DNA of 60,712 nt. Source: a virus. Each line of letters begins with the position of its first letter. The stretch's first letter is position 1. Below the pieces are notes generated by a model. It ran no database searches. It saw nothing but the letters and a program-made list of their open reading frames with translations, and had not been told where the DNA came from. The position numbers and the translations under genes are program-made. This document shows, in pieces, positions 1 to 7,097 of this stretch. The stretch is from positions 1-60,712 of IMG/VR virus record IMGVR_UViG_3300045988_137581; one strand, given 5' to 3'.

Positions 1-99
1 AAAAACAAAAAACAAGAAGTCATGAAAACACAAATCGAAGAACTTGAGACAATCGCACAAGATGTAAGAACCAGATTCGCATACACAAGTCGCGGAGAA
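1..99. repeat. End overlap identical to 60614..60712; unit length 60,613 bp, circular or terminally redundant
   Basis: Base-by-base comparison: aaaaacaaaaaacaagaagtcatgaaaac...cgcggagaa occurs at both ends. ORF 22..519 restarts at 60635. Confidence 0.9.
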
Positions 100-519
100 T
101 TAAAAGTAGTTATCGCAGACGGGACACCGATTATCATCGGATTCGATAATATCGAACAATTCGAATACGCGAAGAATAAGTATAATCTCAGAGGATATGA
201 GGTATCCGATTGCTATGGAAGGATATATATCGACGGGGAACGTGAGAAGCCTTATCCGAGAATCGCACGAGCTGGCGATGAAGTGTGGGCGAAAGGACAA
301 GAGGAGGAATTCCGTAGATACTATCTTGGAGATGAAGAGACGAATAATGATGTCTTCACACAAGAGATAACTCGCCTGCAGAATGAGATGACAAAAATGA
401 AAGAGTACGAGGTACTCGTAATGAATGAAGATAGAGACGATTATGTACCTGTCGAGCCTGCGGAAGTATTCTGTAATACAGAATCAGACATCAAGAGATA
501 TATAGGCTTAGGATTCTAA
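22..519 (+). CDS. hypothetical early protein (165 aa)
   Basis: ATG ORF. First gene downstream of the TTTG-N19-TATCTTTG promoter at 60552-60582 across the junction. No recognisable motif. Confidence 0.6.
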   Translation: MKTQIEELETIAQDVRTRFAYTSRGELKVVIADGTPIIIGFDNIEQFEYAKNKYNLRGYEVSDCYGRIYIDGEREKPYPRIARAGDEVWAKGQEEEFRRYYLGDEETNNDVFTQEITRLQNEMTKMKEYEVLVMNEDRDDYVPVEPAEVFCNTESDIKRYIGLGF

Positions 520-563
520 TTAGCGGAATGGTTGCAGCGGGGTTCGATTCCCCGCCCGCCGGC
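520..563 (+). ncRNA. tRNA-like acceptor/T-arm minihelix 1 (no D or anticodon arm); alternatively a tRNA 3' fragment or attP-type remnant
   Basis: Perfect T arm: CGGGG (538-542), TTCGATT (543-549), CCCCG (550-554). The 3' strand CCGCCGG (555-561) pairs imperfectly with TTAGCGG (520-526): 4 GC pairs, 2 GU pairs, 1 mismatch. An 11-nt linker separates them. Starts right after the stop of ORF 22..519. Confidence 0.35.
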
Positions 564-585
564 AAAGAACAAAAATTAAACAACA

Positions 586-1131
586 ATGACAAGAGAAGAA
601 TTAAACAGCAGAGTGTACTCTGCAATGAGAGCATCAGAAAAGAAAATGAATGAGCAAGTTGCTCGGTTCTTAGACAAACACAAAAACCTATGCGTGGAGT
701 ACCACGATTACGAACCCTCCTTGGAGGATTTTCTCTCCAACCTCGGAGAGGAAGTGAGAAAGGAACTTGTAGATGTTGACTACATCTTCTACAAGTGGGA
801 TAACGAGAGATTGCATACCGACTCCATCCAGCTTGCTACCTCCGCTGCTGCTTCTCGCAAAGTGGTGCGAGATTACGAGATACTCGATGCGGAGGAATAC
901 AACTCGACCGTATATGCTAATTGTGGCGTGCAAGCAGAGTACGATGGCTATGTCCTCGTGGTTGCTGTCGATGAATATGTCGTCGACCACGACGAGAGTT
1001 TCGTCGGCACGCCTCTGCAATGCATGGAGAGCATTGCAGAGCAAACGGGCAAGTACCTTATAAGTAACTTGTACGGTAAGAGTAGGAGTTTTTATGTAGA
1101 TGTAGAGGAGGACGAAGATGAAAAGCAGTAA
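586..1131 (+). CDS. hypothetical acidic protein (181 aa)
   Basis: ATG ORF with an acidic C-terminus (EEDEDEKQ). Overlaps the next gene by 14 nt. Confidence 0.6.
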   Translation: MTREELNSRVYSAMRASEKKMNEQVARFLDKHKNLCVEYHDYEPSLEDFLSNLGEEVRKELVDVDYIFYKWDNERLHTDSIQLATSAAASRKVVRDYEILDAEEYNSTVYANCGVQAEYDGYVLVVAVDEYVVDHDESFVGTPLQCMESIAEQTGKYLISNLYGKSRSFYVDVEEDEDEKQ

Positions 1132-1348
1132 AGACATCTATTTGGCTGTCGGCGAGCGTCTGTTGGCTCGCCGCCAAGAGCTGAATCTGACCCAGAGGGA
1201 GGTCGGAGAACGATTGGGAATTGGCTACAACCCTGTTTTGAAATGGGAAAAAGGCAAAATGGGCATGTCCGTCAGGACACTCAAAGCGTTGTGTGATGCC
1301 TTGGAGATGCCTATCGAACTCGGCGGGAAAGAGCTAAAAGGGAAATAA
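1118..1348 (+). CDS. XRE/Cro-family helix-turn-helix regulator (76 aa)
   Basis: LNLTQREVGERLGIGYNPVLKWEKGK is a classic XRE HTH. Clear paralog of 60245..60475. Confidence 0.75.
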   Translation: MKSSKDIYLAVGERLLARRQELNLTQREVGERLGIGYNPVLKWEKGKMGMSVRTLKALCDALEMPIELGGKELKGK

Positions 1349-1372
1349 TTTCCGAAATTTTTTCTCGGTGAG
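1343..1372 (+). repeat. 30-nt element AAATAATTTCCGAAATTTTTTCTCGGTGAG, identical copy at 60477..60506
   Basis: Perfectly conserved directly after both XRE paralogs, although the coding sequences themselves have diverged. Confidence 0.8.
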
Positions 1373-1396
1373 TGCAGCTTAGAAGCGAAAAAGAAA

Positions 1397-1672
1397 ATGA
1401 AACCAAAGAAGAAAAAAGAACCGGCACAGCCAATCGGTAGGAATCAAGCAATCACGACAATTAGAGAAATTGTCGCATCGATGCTCGATGGCTACTTCTC
1501 GACCGGTCAATACTTAGAAGACTTGCAATCGCTCGAACCCAAAGACAGGCTGTTAGTGATAGAAAAATTCTCCGCATACGTCATACCCAAACTACAAGCC
1601 ACCAACATAGATATGACCATGCAAGCGAAAGAAAAAACAATCGAAGACAGGCTCAAAGAACTGTCAGAGTAA
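1397..1672 (+). CDS. hypothetical protein (91 aa)
   Basis: ATG ORF with a Lys-rich N-terminus, followed by a strong terminator. Confidence 0.55.
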   Translation: MKPKKKKEPAQPIGRNQAITTIREIVASMLDGYFSTGQYLEDLQSLEPKDRLLVIEKFSAYVIPKLQATNIDMTMQAKEKTIEDRLKELSE

Positions 1673-1696
1673 TCAGGGAAAATATTAAACGAAAAA

Positions 1697-1732
1697 AGCG
1701 TCTGAAATTTCTTCATTTCAGACGCTTTTTTC
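1697..1732. terminator. Rho-independent terminator, bidirectional
   Basis: 12-bp perfect stem AGCGTCTGAAAT/ATTTCAGACGCT with loop TTCTTC. Flanked by an A-run upstream and TTTTTT downstream. Confidence 0.85.
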
Positions 1733-1911
1733 GTGTTCACTCGTGTACATTATTCTGTAACACATTCAATTTCAAGCACTTTTAGCGGAGAGAAAGGGAT
1801 TGATAATTAGCATATTGCACAAATCATTGAACGGTTAAATGGTATCAAAATCAGCAATTTGGATTTTTACCCTCTATCTTGGTGCGTCATGGAATTTCTC
1901 AAAATATCGCT

Positions 1912-1944
1912 CAATTCGTGTACAATTTTCGTGTACACGAATTG
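1912..1944. repeat. 13-bp inverted repeat CAATTCGTGTACA-N7-TGTACACGAATTG abutting the integrase stop codon
   Basis: Arms at 1912-1924 and 1932-1944 are exact reverse complements. The repeat contains TCGTGTACA at 1916-1924 and 1929-1937. Related copies lie at 1741-1749 and, degenerate, at 1731-1739. Confidence 0.8.
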
Positions 1945-1945
1945 C

Positions 1946-2644
1946 CTATAACTCGTCGAATTTTGTCATCGAGCGAGCCTTCAAATCATCAACTATTTTG
2001 ATATATGGCTTCATTGCCGAGTAGTTCGAGTGTCCTGTCCACTTCATGATTACCTCCGCAGGAATTCCGAGTTGCAGAGCGGTTACGACAAAAGTTTTGC
2101 GACCGCAATGCGTGGTGAGCAATTCCCACTTCTCTCTGACTTCTTCGCAGCGTTTATTGCCTTGAAAATATACGATGCGAATCGGTTCATCTATCTCGCA
2201 TAGTCTCCCGAGCTCTTTGAGATAAGCGTTCATTTTGACATTCGAGATAACCGGCAATGCCAACCCTTTTGCAATCTTTGTGTATTTATACTTATCAAGC
2301 AAAGCCCGAGAATGCTTGTTAAGTTCTATTCGCAGTTGGTCATTAGTCTTCTTCGTAATAACCTCTATGTACCCGTCCTTGACATCGCTCCGCAACAACT
2401 TCGCCACGTCGGAATACCGTAAGCTGGTGAAACAACAGAACAAGAACACGTCTCGCACCCGTTCGAGGTATCCCTGATTGGGAGCAAAAACAAATTGTTC
2501 AAGTCTTCTTAATTCCTCCTTAGTCAGATATATCACCTCTTTCAGTTCTCCTGACGAACCTTTGATTTTCGGCTTGAAAGTCTTATGAATCGAGCCATCA
2601 TAGTATTGGTTATCCGCAGCCCAGCTGATGAGGAAGTACAACAT
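1946..2644 (-). CDS. int: tyrosine recombinase/integrase, catalytic domain only (232 aa; no arm-binding or core-binding N-terminal domains)
   Basis: FTSLRYSDV (Arg box), HCGRKTF (HxxR) and GHSNYSAMKPY (His...Tyr nucleophile). Bacteroidota phage integrases are usually about 400 aa. The first 7 codons lie inside the 41-bp repeat. Confidence 0.8.
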   Translation of the reverse strand: MLYFLISWAADNQYYDGSIHKTFKPKIKGSSGELKEVIYLTKEELRRLEQFVFAPNQGYLERVRDVFLFCCFTSLRYSDVAKLLRSDVKDGYIEVITKKTNDQLRIELNKHSRALLDKYKYTKIAKGLALPVISNVKMNAYLKELGRLCEIDEPIRIVYFQGNKRCEEVREKWELLTTHCGRKTFVVTALQLGIPAEVIMKWTGHSNYSAMKPYIKIVDDLKARSMTKFDEL

Positions 2645-2664
2645 ACACTCCCCCTCAACGATTT
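2624..2664. repeat. 41-bp perfect direct repeat, copy 1
   Basis: GCTGATGAGGAAGTACAACATACACTCCCCCTCAACGATTT, identical to 3052..3092. Confidence 0.9.
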
Positions 2665-2813
2665 TGCTCTAATTTCTCAGACCCAATTCCCTTTCTAATT
2701 GCAGCTACATAACCATTCGACATTCCACATTGTTTTTCGAACGCCTGTACGCTAATGTCTTGGTGTTTAATGAATTGGTATAGTCTTTCTTTGACTTCCG
2801 ACTCTTTTCCCAT
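2655..2813 (-). CDS. small HTH protein (52 aa, below the ORF-track cutoff)
   Basis: Translated by eye: MGKESEVKERLYQFIKHQDISVQAFEKQCGMSNGYVAAIRKGIGSEKLEQNR. It looks like an XRE-type HTH. Its stop lies 11 nt before the int ATG. Confidence 0.5.
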   Translation of the reverse strand: MGKESEVKERLYQFIKHQDISVQAFEKQCGMSNGYVAAIRKGIGSEKLEQNR

Positions 2814-2852
2814 TGTTAATCTATGTTAAAGTTAGAAATTTCTCTATCCTTA

Positions 2853-2885
2853 TTGCTCTAATATTAGAATTTTGTTCTATCTTTG
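2853..2885 (+). promoter_or_regulatory. Bacteroidota-type promoter: -7 box TATCTTTG (2878-2885), weak -33 TTG (2853-2855)
   Basis: Matches the TAnnTTTG consensus 51 nt upstream of the ATG at 2936. The palindrome TAATATTA (2859-2866) lies between the two boxes. Confidence 0.5.
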
Positions 2886-2935
2886 CACCTGTATTCGATT
2901 ACAAATGCGAGCAAAAATACGAAAAAAAATCTGAT

Positions 2936-3127
2936 ATGGCACTAAGGACAGAATTTCAACAGAAAAAAGAAAGAAAGTACAAGAAGTTATACGATGAATT
3001 CATTTTGCTCTCCTCGGAGGAGGGAGCCTCGATAACAGAGATAACGAAACTGCTGATGAGGAAGTACAACATACACTCCCCCTCAACGATTTGGAAAATT
3101 CGCAAGCAATTCGAAGAAAATAATTAA
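2936..3127 (+). CDS. small HTH protein (63 aa; ATG inside track ORF 2813..3127, which starts at TTG)
   Basis: GASITEITKLLMRKYNIHSPSTIWKIRK is HTH-like. The upstream part of the track ORF is hydrophobic and overlaps the promoter. Confidence 0.5.
   Translation: MALRTEFQQKKERKYKKLYDEFILLSSEEGASITEITKLLMRKYNIHSPSTIWKIRKQFEENN
3052..3092. repeat. 41-bp perfect direct repeat, copy 2
   Basis: Identical to 2624..2664. Here it encodes LMRKYNIHSPSTI of the + strand HTH gene. Confidence 0.9.
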
Positions 3128-3132
3128 CCACA

Positions 3133-3471
3133 ATGGCACACGAGATAGACAGAAAAACGAGATTAATCGACCTGACGGTTGGCGAATTGATGGATGTAAT
3201 TCAAGAAGCCAAGAGAATAATGGTATCGGAACCGAAAGAAGCACCGGAACCGAAAGATGAATACAAATATGGTATAGCCGGAATAGCGAGCCTGTTCAAC
3301 TGTTCGATATCGACAGCGAACCGCATAAAAGCACAAGGCATAATAGACGCAGCCATAAGTCAACGAGGCAGAACAATGGTGATTAACTGTAAAAAAGCAT
3401 TGGAACTTTTCGATGCAAAAAGAGAACAAAGAAAAGCAGAACGAGAAAATGAACACAGCAGCATTAGATAA
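3133..3471 (+). CDS. DUF3853-like / excisionase-like HTH protein (112 aa)
   Basis: YGIAGIASLFNCSISTANRIKAQGIIDAAISQRGRTMVINCKKALELF resembles the Bacteroides mobile-element HTH family. Family name is recalled, not searched. Confidence 0.6.
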   Translation: MAHEIDRKTRLIDLTVGELMDVIQEAKRIMVSEPKEAPEPKDEYKYGIAGIASLFNCSISTANRIKAQGIIDAAISQRGRTMVINCKKALELFDAKREQRKAERENEHSSIR

Positions 3472-3880
3472 AATCAAGAAGCATCTTGTATTTCACGAAG
3501 TAATGAAAGAATTAACCGTCAAAGACGAAAGGGGAGGCTTGCGTTGGAAACGGGTACGTGTAGTAGAAGAAGTCGAGGATAAACCATTTTCAGAGGCAAT
3601 CCTCAACATGGTCGAGAAGCTCGAAAGATACGGATACTCCGTATTGCTAATCGAAGAAGGAGAAGGGGGTGAACCGATATATTGGTACGTCGAAAAAGAC
3701 AACGGCGAAGCAAAATGGTTTCGCAAGTTGCGACACCTCGCCGACGAATACCCGACAGCAGCGATAGACAGCCTCTGTGATTTCAGTGAAATCACGACAA
3801 GTTTCGAGACAAGAGCAATACTCGATTGCACACTGAGAATACTTAATTGCGAACCTGAGAAATCGCAAAGAACGACATGA
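3413..3880 (+). CDS. hypothetical protein (155 aa; alternative in-frame ATG at 3449)
   Basis: ATG ORF that overlaps the previous gene by 59 nt, or by 23 nt if it starts at 3449. Confidence 0.55.
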   Translation: MQKENKEKQNEKMNTAALDKIKKHLVFHEVMKELTVKDERGGLRWKRVRVVEEVEDKPFSEAILNMVEKLERYGYSVLLIEEGEGGEPIYWYVEKDNGEAKWFRKLRHLADEYPTAAIDSLCDFSEITTSFETRAILDCTLRILNCEPEKSQRTT

Positions 3881-3937
3881 TAGCTGATGTTTTTGTTTTG
3901 ATTATTTGACGGCACTGTCGTGAGACAGTAACCCGTA

Positions 3938-3983
3938 TCGGAGGCAGGAGCAACAGAGGGGTTCGATTCCTCTCCTCCGAGCA
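3938..3983 (+). ncRNA. tRNA-like acceptor/T-arm minihelix 2 (no D or anticodon arm)
   Basis: TCGGAGG (3938-3944) pairs 7/7 with CCTCCGA (3974-3980). T arm: AGGGG, TTCGATT, CCTCT (3957-3973). A 12-nt linker replaces the D and anticodon arms. Ends in GCA then AAA. The hairpin ACTGTC-GTGA-GACAGT (3914-3929) lies just upstream. Confidence 0.5.
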
Positions 3984-4040
3984 AAAGCCTGAGAAGCCGA
4001 GAAACGGCAGGTCCGCCAAGAACTTGTTAAAACGGTGGTT

Positions 4041-4097
4041 TTCGCAAGCAGGTTTGCACCCTCGAAAGGGTATCGGTTCAAGTCCGATTTGCGAGCA
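4041..4097 (+). ncRNA. tRNA-like element 3: acceptor plus T arm with two short internal hairpins and no 7-nt anticodon loop
   Basis: TTCGCAA (4041-4047) pairs with TTGCGAG (4089-4095): 6 Watson-Crick pairs and 1 GU. T arm: ATCGG, TTCAAGT, CCGAT (4072-4088). The internal hairpin ACCCT-CGAA-AGGGT has only a 4-nt loop. Confidence 0.5.
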
Positions 4098-4118
4098 AAA
4101 AAATCAAAAAATTGAATT

Positions 4119-4688
4119 ATGGAAGAATACAAAAAATTGAATGAAAAGTACACCGAGTTGAAAACAAAGTACACCGAATTACGGGAACGCTACCTTGAGC
4201 TGCAGCGATATGAGTTTCAAGAGAGAGCAAATTGGAATGTATTATTTGGGACTTGTCAAGATTTGAATATTGTGAATGAGGTGTTCAAGCTCTCACTCAA
4301 AGAGAAAGAAGAAAAATTCGAGAGTGAATTTCCACCAATAGAACAAAATCAAAAGATTATGAAAGACACAGAACAATTACTAACGATGATGTCCAATGTG
4401 CTGGACGCTATCAAGGAAGGACAGAAAGCCTCGCAAGAAGTAGCGAAGCAAGTCGAAGAATTAGCACAACTCAGGAGTAGTGATATGATGTTCCGGTCGC
4501 AGAAGGACGACACCTGTAAGACCCTTGCAGAACTCACCGAATGGCATGCATTCGACGGTGTGCGGAATGTGCTACTATTTAAAGATGGCACAATCCTTGT
4601 GGATAGGTGTGTGAATGACTTGCAAGCACTAATTGAGAATATCAAGGCGTCGCCCATCATTACTTACATTGTATGGAAGCAACTCTAA
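4119..4688 (+). CDS. hypothetical coiled-coil protein (189 aa)
   Basis: ATG ORF with a heptad-like N-terminus (KYTELKTKYTELRERYLELQ). Confidence 0.6.
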   Translation: MEEYKKLNEKYTELKTKYTELRERYLELQRYEFQERANWNVLFGTCQDLNIVNEVFKLSLKEKEEKFESEFPPIEQNQKIMKDTEQLLTMMSNVLDAIKEGQKASQEVAKQVEELAQLRSSDMMFRSQKDDTCKTLAELTEWHAFDGVRNVLLFKDGTILVDRCVNDLQALIENIKASPIITYIVWKQL

Positions 4689-4820
4689 CGAGTTATTAAG
4701 TAACGCTTAACAACTGAAATAACAACAAGAGAATAAGAATATTAGCAATGAAAGCAAAAACCAGCCTTTGCGACTGGTGCAAAAAATGCAATAGTCGAGT
4801 AAACAGAATAAAAAAGAAAT

Positions 4821-5060
4821 ATGATGTACAATATAACACTGATACAAGGAGATAGCACGACCACGTGCAAGGTAGTCGAGAATAAATATAAAGCTAAGGT
4901 ATGGATGCAAAATGAGATGCAGAGCATGAAGAAGAATGTCTATCCAAACGTAACGACCTACACGATAGCAGGAGAGGATACTTTGCTCCTCCTCAACAGA
5001 AAAAGCAATAACCTGCTCTGTGCGTGGATAATAACGAAAGTTGAATGTCTTGGCGAATGA
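4821..5060 (+). CDS. hypothetical protein (79 aa)
   Basis: The only sizeable + ORF in the 4689-5135 gap. No motif. Confidence 0.35.
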   Translation: MMYNITLIQGDSTTTCKVVENKYKAKVWMQNEMQSMKKNVYPNVTTYTIAGEDTLLLLNRKSNNLLCAWIITKVECLGE

Positions 5061-5135
5061 TTATGAAGTACTTTATTCACGGTGTGCAAGTAACAAGAAG
5101 ACAATGGAAACAATACATAAAAATTTGGAAGTAAT

Positions 5136-7094
5136 ATGAGACAAATCATTTTGAAATCACTAACGCTCCATAATTTCAAAGGAGCGAAAGAACTCACGGT
5201 TGAGTTCAACCCCGATGTTACGACCATATCGGGTCGCAATGCCAGCGGGAAGTCGAGATTATTCACTGCATTCCTGTGGTTGCTCACAGGTAAAGACGAG
5301 CAAGACCGCAAAGATTACGAAATAAAAACCCGTATCGATGGAGAAGTCCTGCATCATGCAGAATGCAGTGTAGAAGCTATATTATCGGTTGACGGAGAAC
5401 AGCTCACGCTCAAAAGGGCAATCGTTGAGAATTGGGTTAAACCGAGGGGGCAACAGGAACAAATCTATAAAGGAGATGTAACCGAATGCTGGTGGAATGG
5501 CACACCGGTTAAAGTAGGTGATTACACTGCAAGAGTCTCGGAACTAATCCCGTTGGAGGTGTTCAAACTTGTATCCAACCCCTCATATTTCGCTTCGCTC
5601 AATTGGACAATACAAAGAGAGCAACTATTCCGAATAACGGACATGGTAACAGATGTAGAATTTGCGGTACAACGTCCCGAGTTCGCAGACCTCGTCGATG
5701 TGCTATCGAATAAATCTCTTGAAGATTTCCGCAAAGAAGTTGCGGCGGCAAAGAAAAAATTGAAAGAGAAATTAGACCAGATAGAACCTCGCATCGACCA
5801 AACCCTCTCGATGAGACCGGAGAACCAAAATTGGGACAAGCTCGAAAAAGCCTTGCAAGCAGCAGATAAAGAGATAGCAGACATCGACACCTCCATGGCA
5901 GACATAACCGCCAGCCTCAAAAAGCAAAACAAAATCACACTAAAAAAACATGAGCAGATAAATTCGCTGAAAGCGACAGCTCAGAAAATAATCTTCGATG
6001 CCGAAGAGCAAGCGAGACAGACTGCTTTTGCTGCCAACGCACGGTACAACGAACTCTCCGATGAGATTATACAACTTGAGAGCAACATTCGCAATAAAGC
6101 CTACATCGCACAAACAACGGATACATTCCTAATCAATCTTATGAGTAATCTCACCCATAAGAAAACCGAGCAGGATACACTACGCAAGGAGTGGTTTGCG
6201 GAGAACGCCAAAGAATACTCCGGCGAAACCGTTTGCCCTACCTGCGGACAAACACTGCCGACGGAAAAAATCGAACATGCGAAAGAGGTATTCAATCAAG
6301 CCAAAATGCAGCGACTTTCAGAAATAACCGAGACAGGCAAGAGATTGAGTTCCCAAATCGCCGAACTTGAAAAGCAGGTGGCGGACAATCAAACACAACT
6401 CGATGGTTTGAACTCAGAGATAAAGCAAACGGAAGCCGCCGTTGAGGCAAAGAAAAAAGAGCTTGAACAAATGCCGGAAGTTAAACCTGTACCGGTTGTG
6501 CCGGAAGAATTATTCGAGTGGATAGCTATCCAAAAACAAATCGCCGACCTTGAAGCGACAATTCCTCCCGCAACCACCGACTCATCTGCAACAATGTTGC
6601 TGGCTCAAAGGAAAGAATTGACCGCACGCAGGGATTCAATCAAAAAAAATCTTGCCACGAGAGACATCATTGACCGTTGTTTCGAGGAGGTCGAGAAACT
6701 TAAAGAAACAGGCAAGCAACTTGCACAACAACTTGCAGACCTTGAAAAAAGAGAATTCACGATAACGCAATTCACGCAGGCAAAAGTTACGGCATGCGAG
6801 CAGCGTATCAATTCATTGTTCTCGACTGTGTCCTTCAAGTTATTCGACTACACACTCGAAGGCAATCTCGTCGAGACCTGTGTTGCACTCATTGACGGAG
6901 TACCTTACTATGCCGCTAATACAGCAGCGAAAGTAAACGCAGGATTGGACATCATCAACCAATTATGCAGGTACTACAATATCACGACACCTATATTCAT
7001 AGACAACTCCGAATCCATCAATACGATTACACCAACGAGCGGACAACAAATTCATTTAGCGGTAACCAACGACGAACAACTTATAATCAAATAA
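5136..7094 (+). CDS. SMC/Rad50/SbcC-like recombination ATPase (652 aa)
   Basis: N-terminal Walker A (ISGRNASGKS), long central coiled coil with a CPTCGQ zinc-hook-like motif, and C-terminal PIFIDNSESI (Walker B/D-loop). Confidence 0.8.
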   Translation: MRQIILKSLTLHNFKGAKELTVEFNPDVTTISGRNASGKSRLFTAFLWLLTGKDEQDRKDYEIKTRIDGEVLHHAECSVEAILSVDGEQLTLKRAIVENWVKPRGQQEQIYKGDVTECWWNGTPVKVGDYTARVSELIPLEVFKLVSNPSYFASLNWTIQREQLFRITDMVTDVEFAVQRPEFADLVDVLSNKSLEDFRKEVAAAKKKLKEKLDQIEPRIDQTLSMRPENQNWDKLEKALQAADKEIADIDTSMADITASLKKQNKITLKKHEQINSLKATAQKIIFDAEEQARQTAFAANARYNELSDEIIQLESNIRNKAYIAQTTDTFLINLMSNLTHKKTEQDTLRKEWFAENAKEYSGETVCPTCGQTLPTEKIEHAKEVFNQAKMQRLSEITETGKRLSSQIAELEKQVADNQTQLDGLNSEIKQTEAAVEAKKKELEQMPEVKPVPVVPEELFEWIAIQKQIADLEATIPPATTDSSATMLLAQRKELTARRDSIKKNLATRDIIDRCFEEVEKLKETGKQLAQQLADLEKREFTITQFTQAKVTACEQRINSLFSTVSFKLFDYTLEGNLVETCVALIDGVPYYAANTAAKVNAGLDIINQLCRYYNITTPIFIDNSESINTITPTSGQQIHLAVTNDEQLIIK

Positions 7095-7097
7095 TAT

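Noticed and set aside
1-99. The 99-bp terminal repeat as a biological direct terminal repeat
   Set aside because: An exact overlap of about assembler k-mer length is more simply explained as circular closure of the assembly. A true DTR cannot be excluded without read termini.
2813-2935. The N-terminal 41 codons of track ORF 2813-3127 (TTG start)
   Set aside because: The segment is hydrophobic, overlaps the TATCTTTG promoter, and shares its first base with the start codon of the divergent minus-strand HTH gene. ATG 2936 gives a compact HTH protein.
3938-4097. Calling these elements, and 520-563, canonical tRNA genes or a tmRNA
   Set aside because: No 5' acceptor partner exists at the 72-90-nt spacing a tRNA needs. 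There is no D arm and no 7-nt anticodon loop. I also see no tag-ORF or pseudoknot architecture between the acceptor strands.
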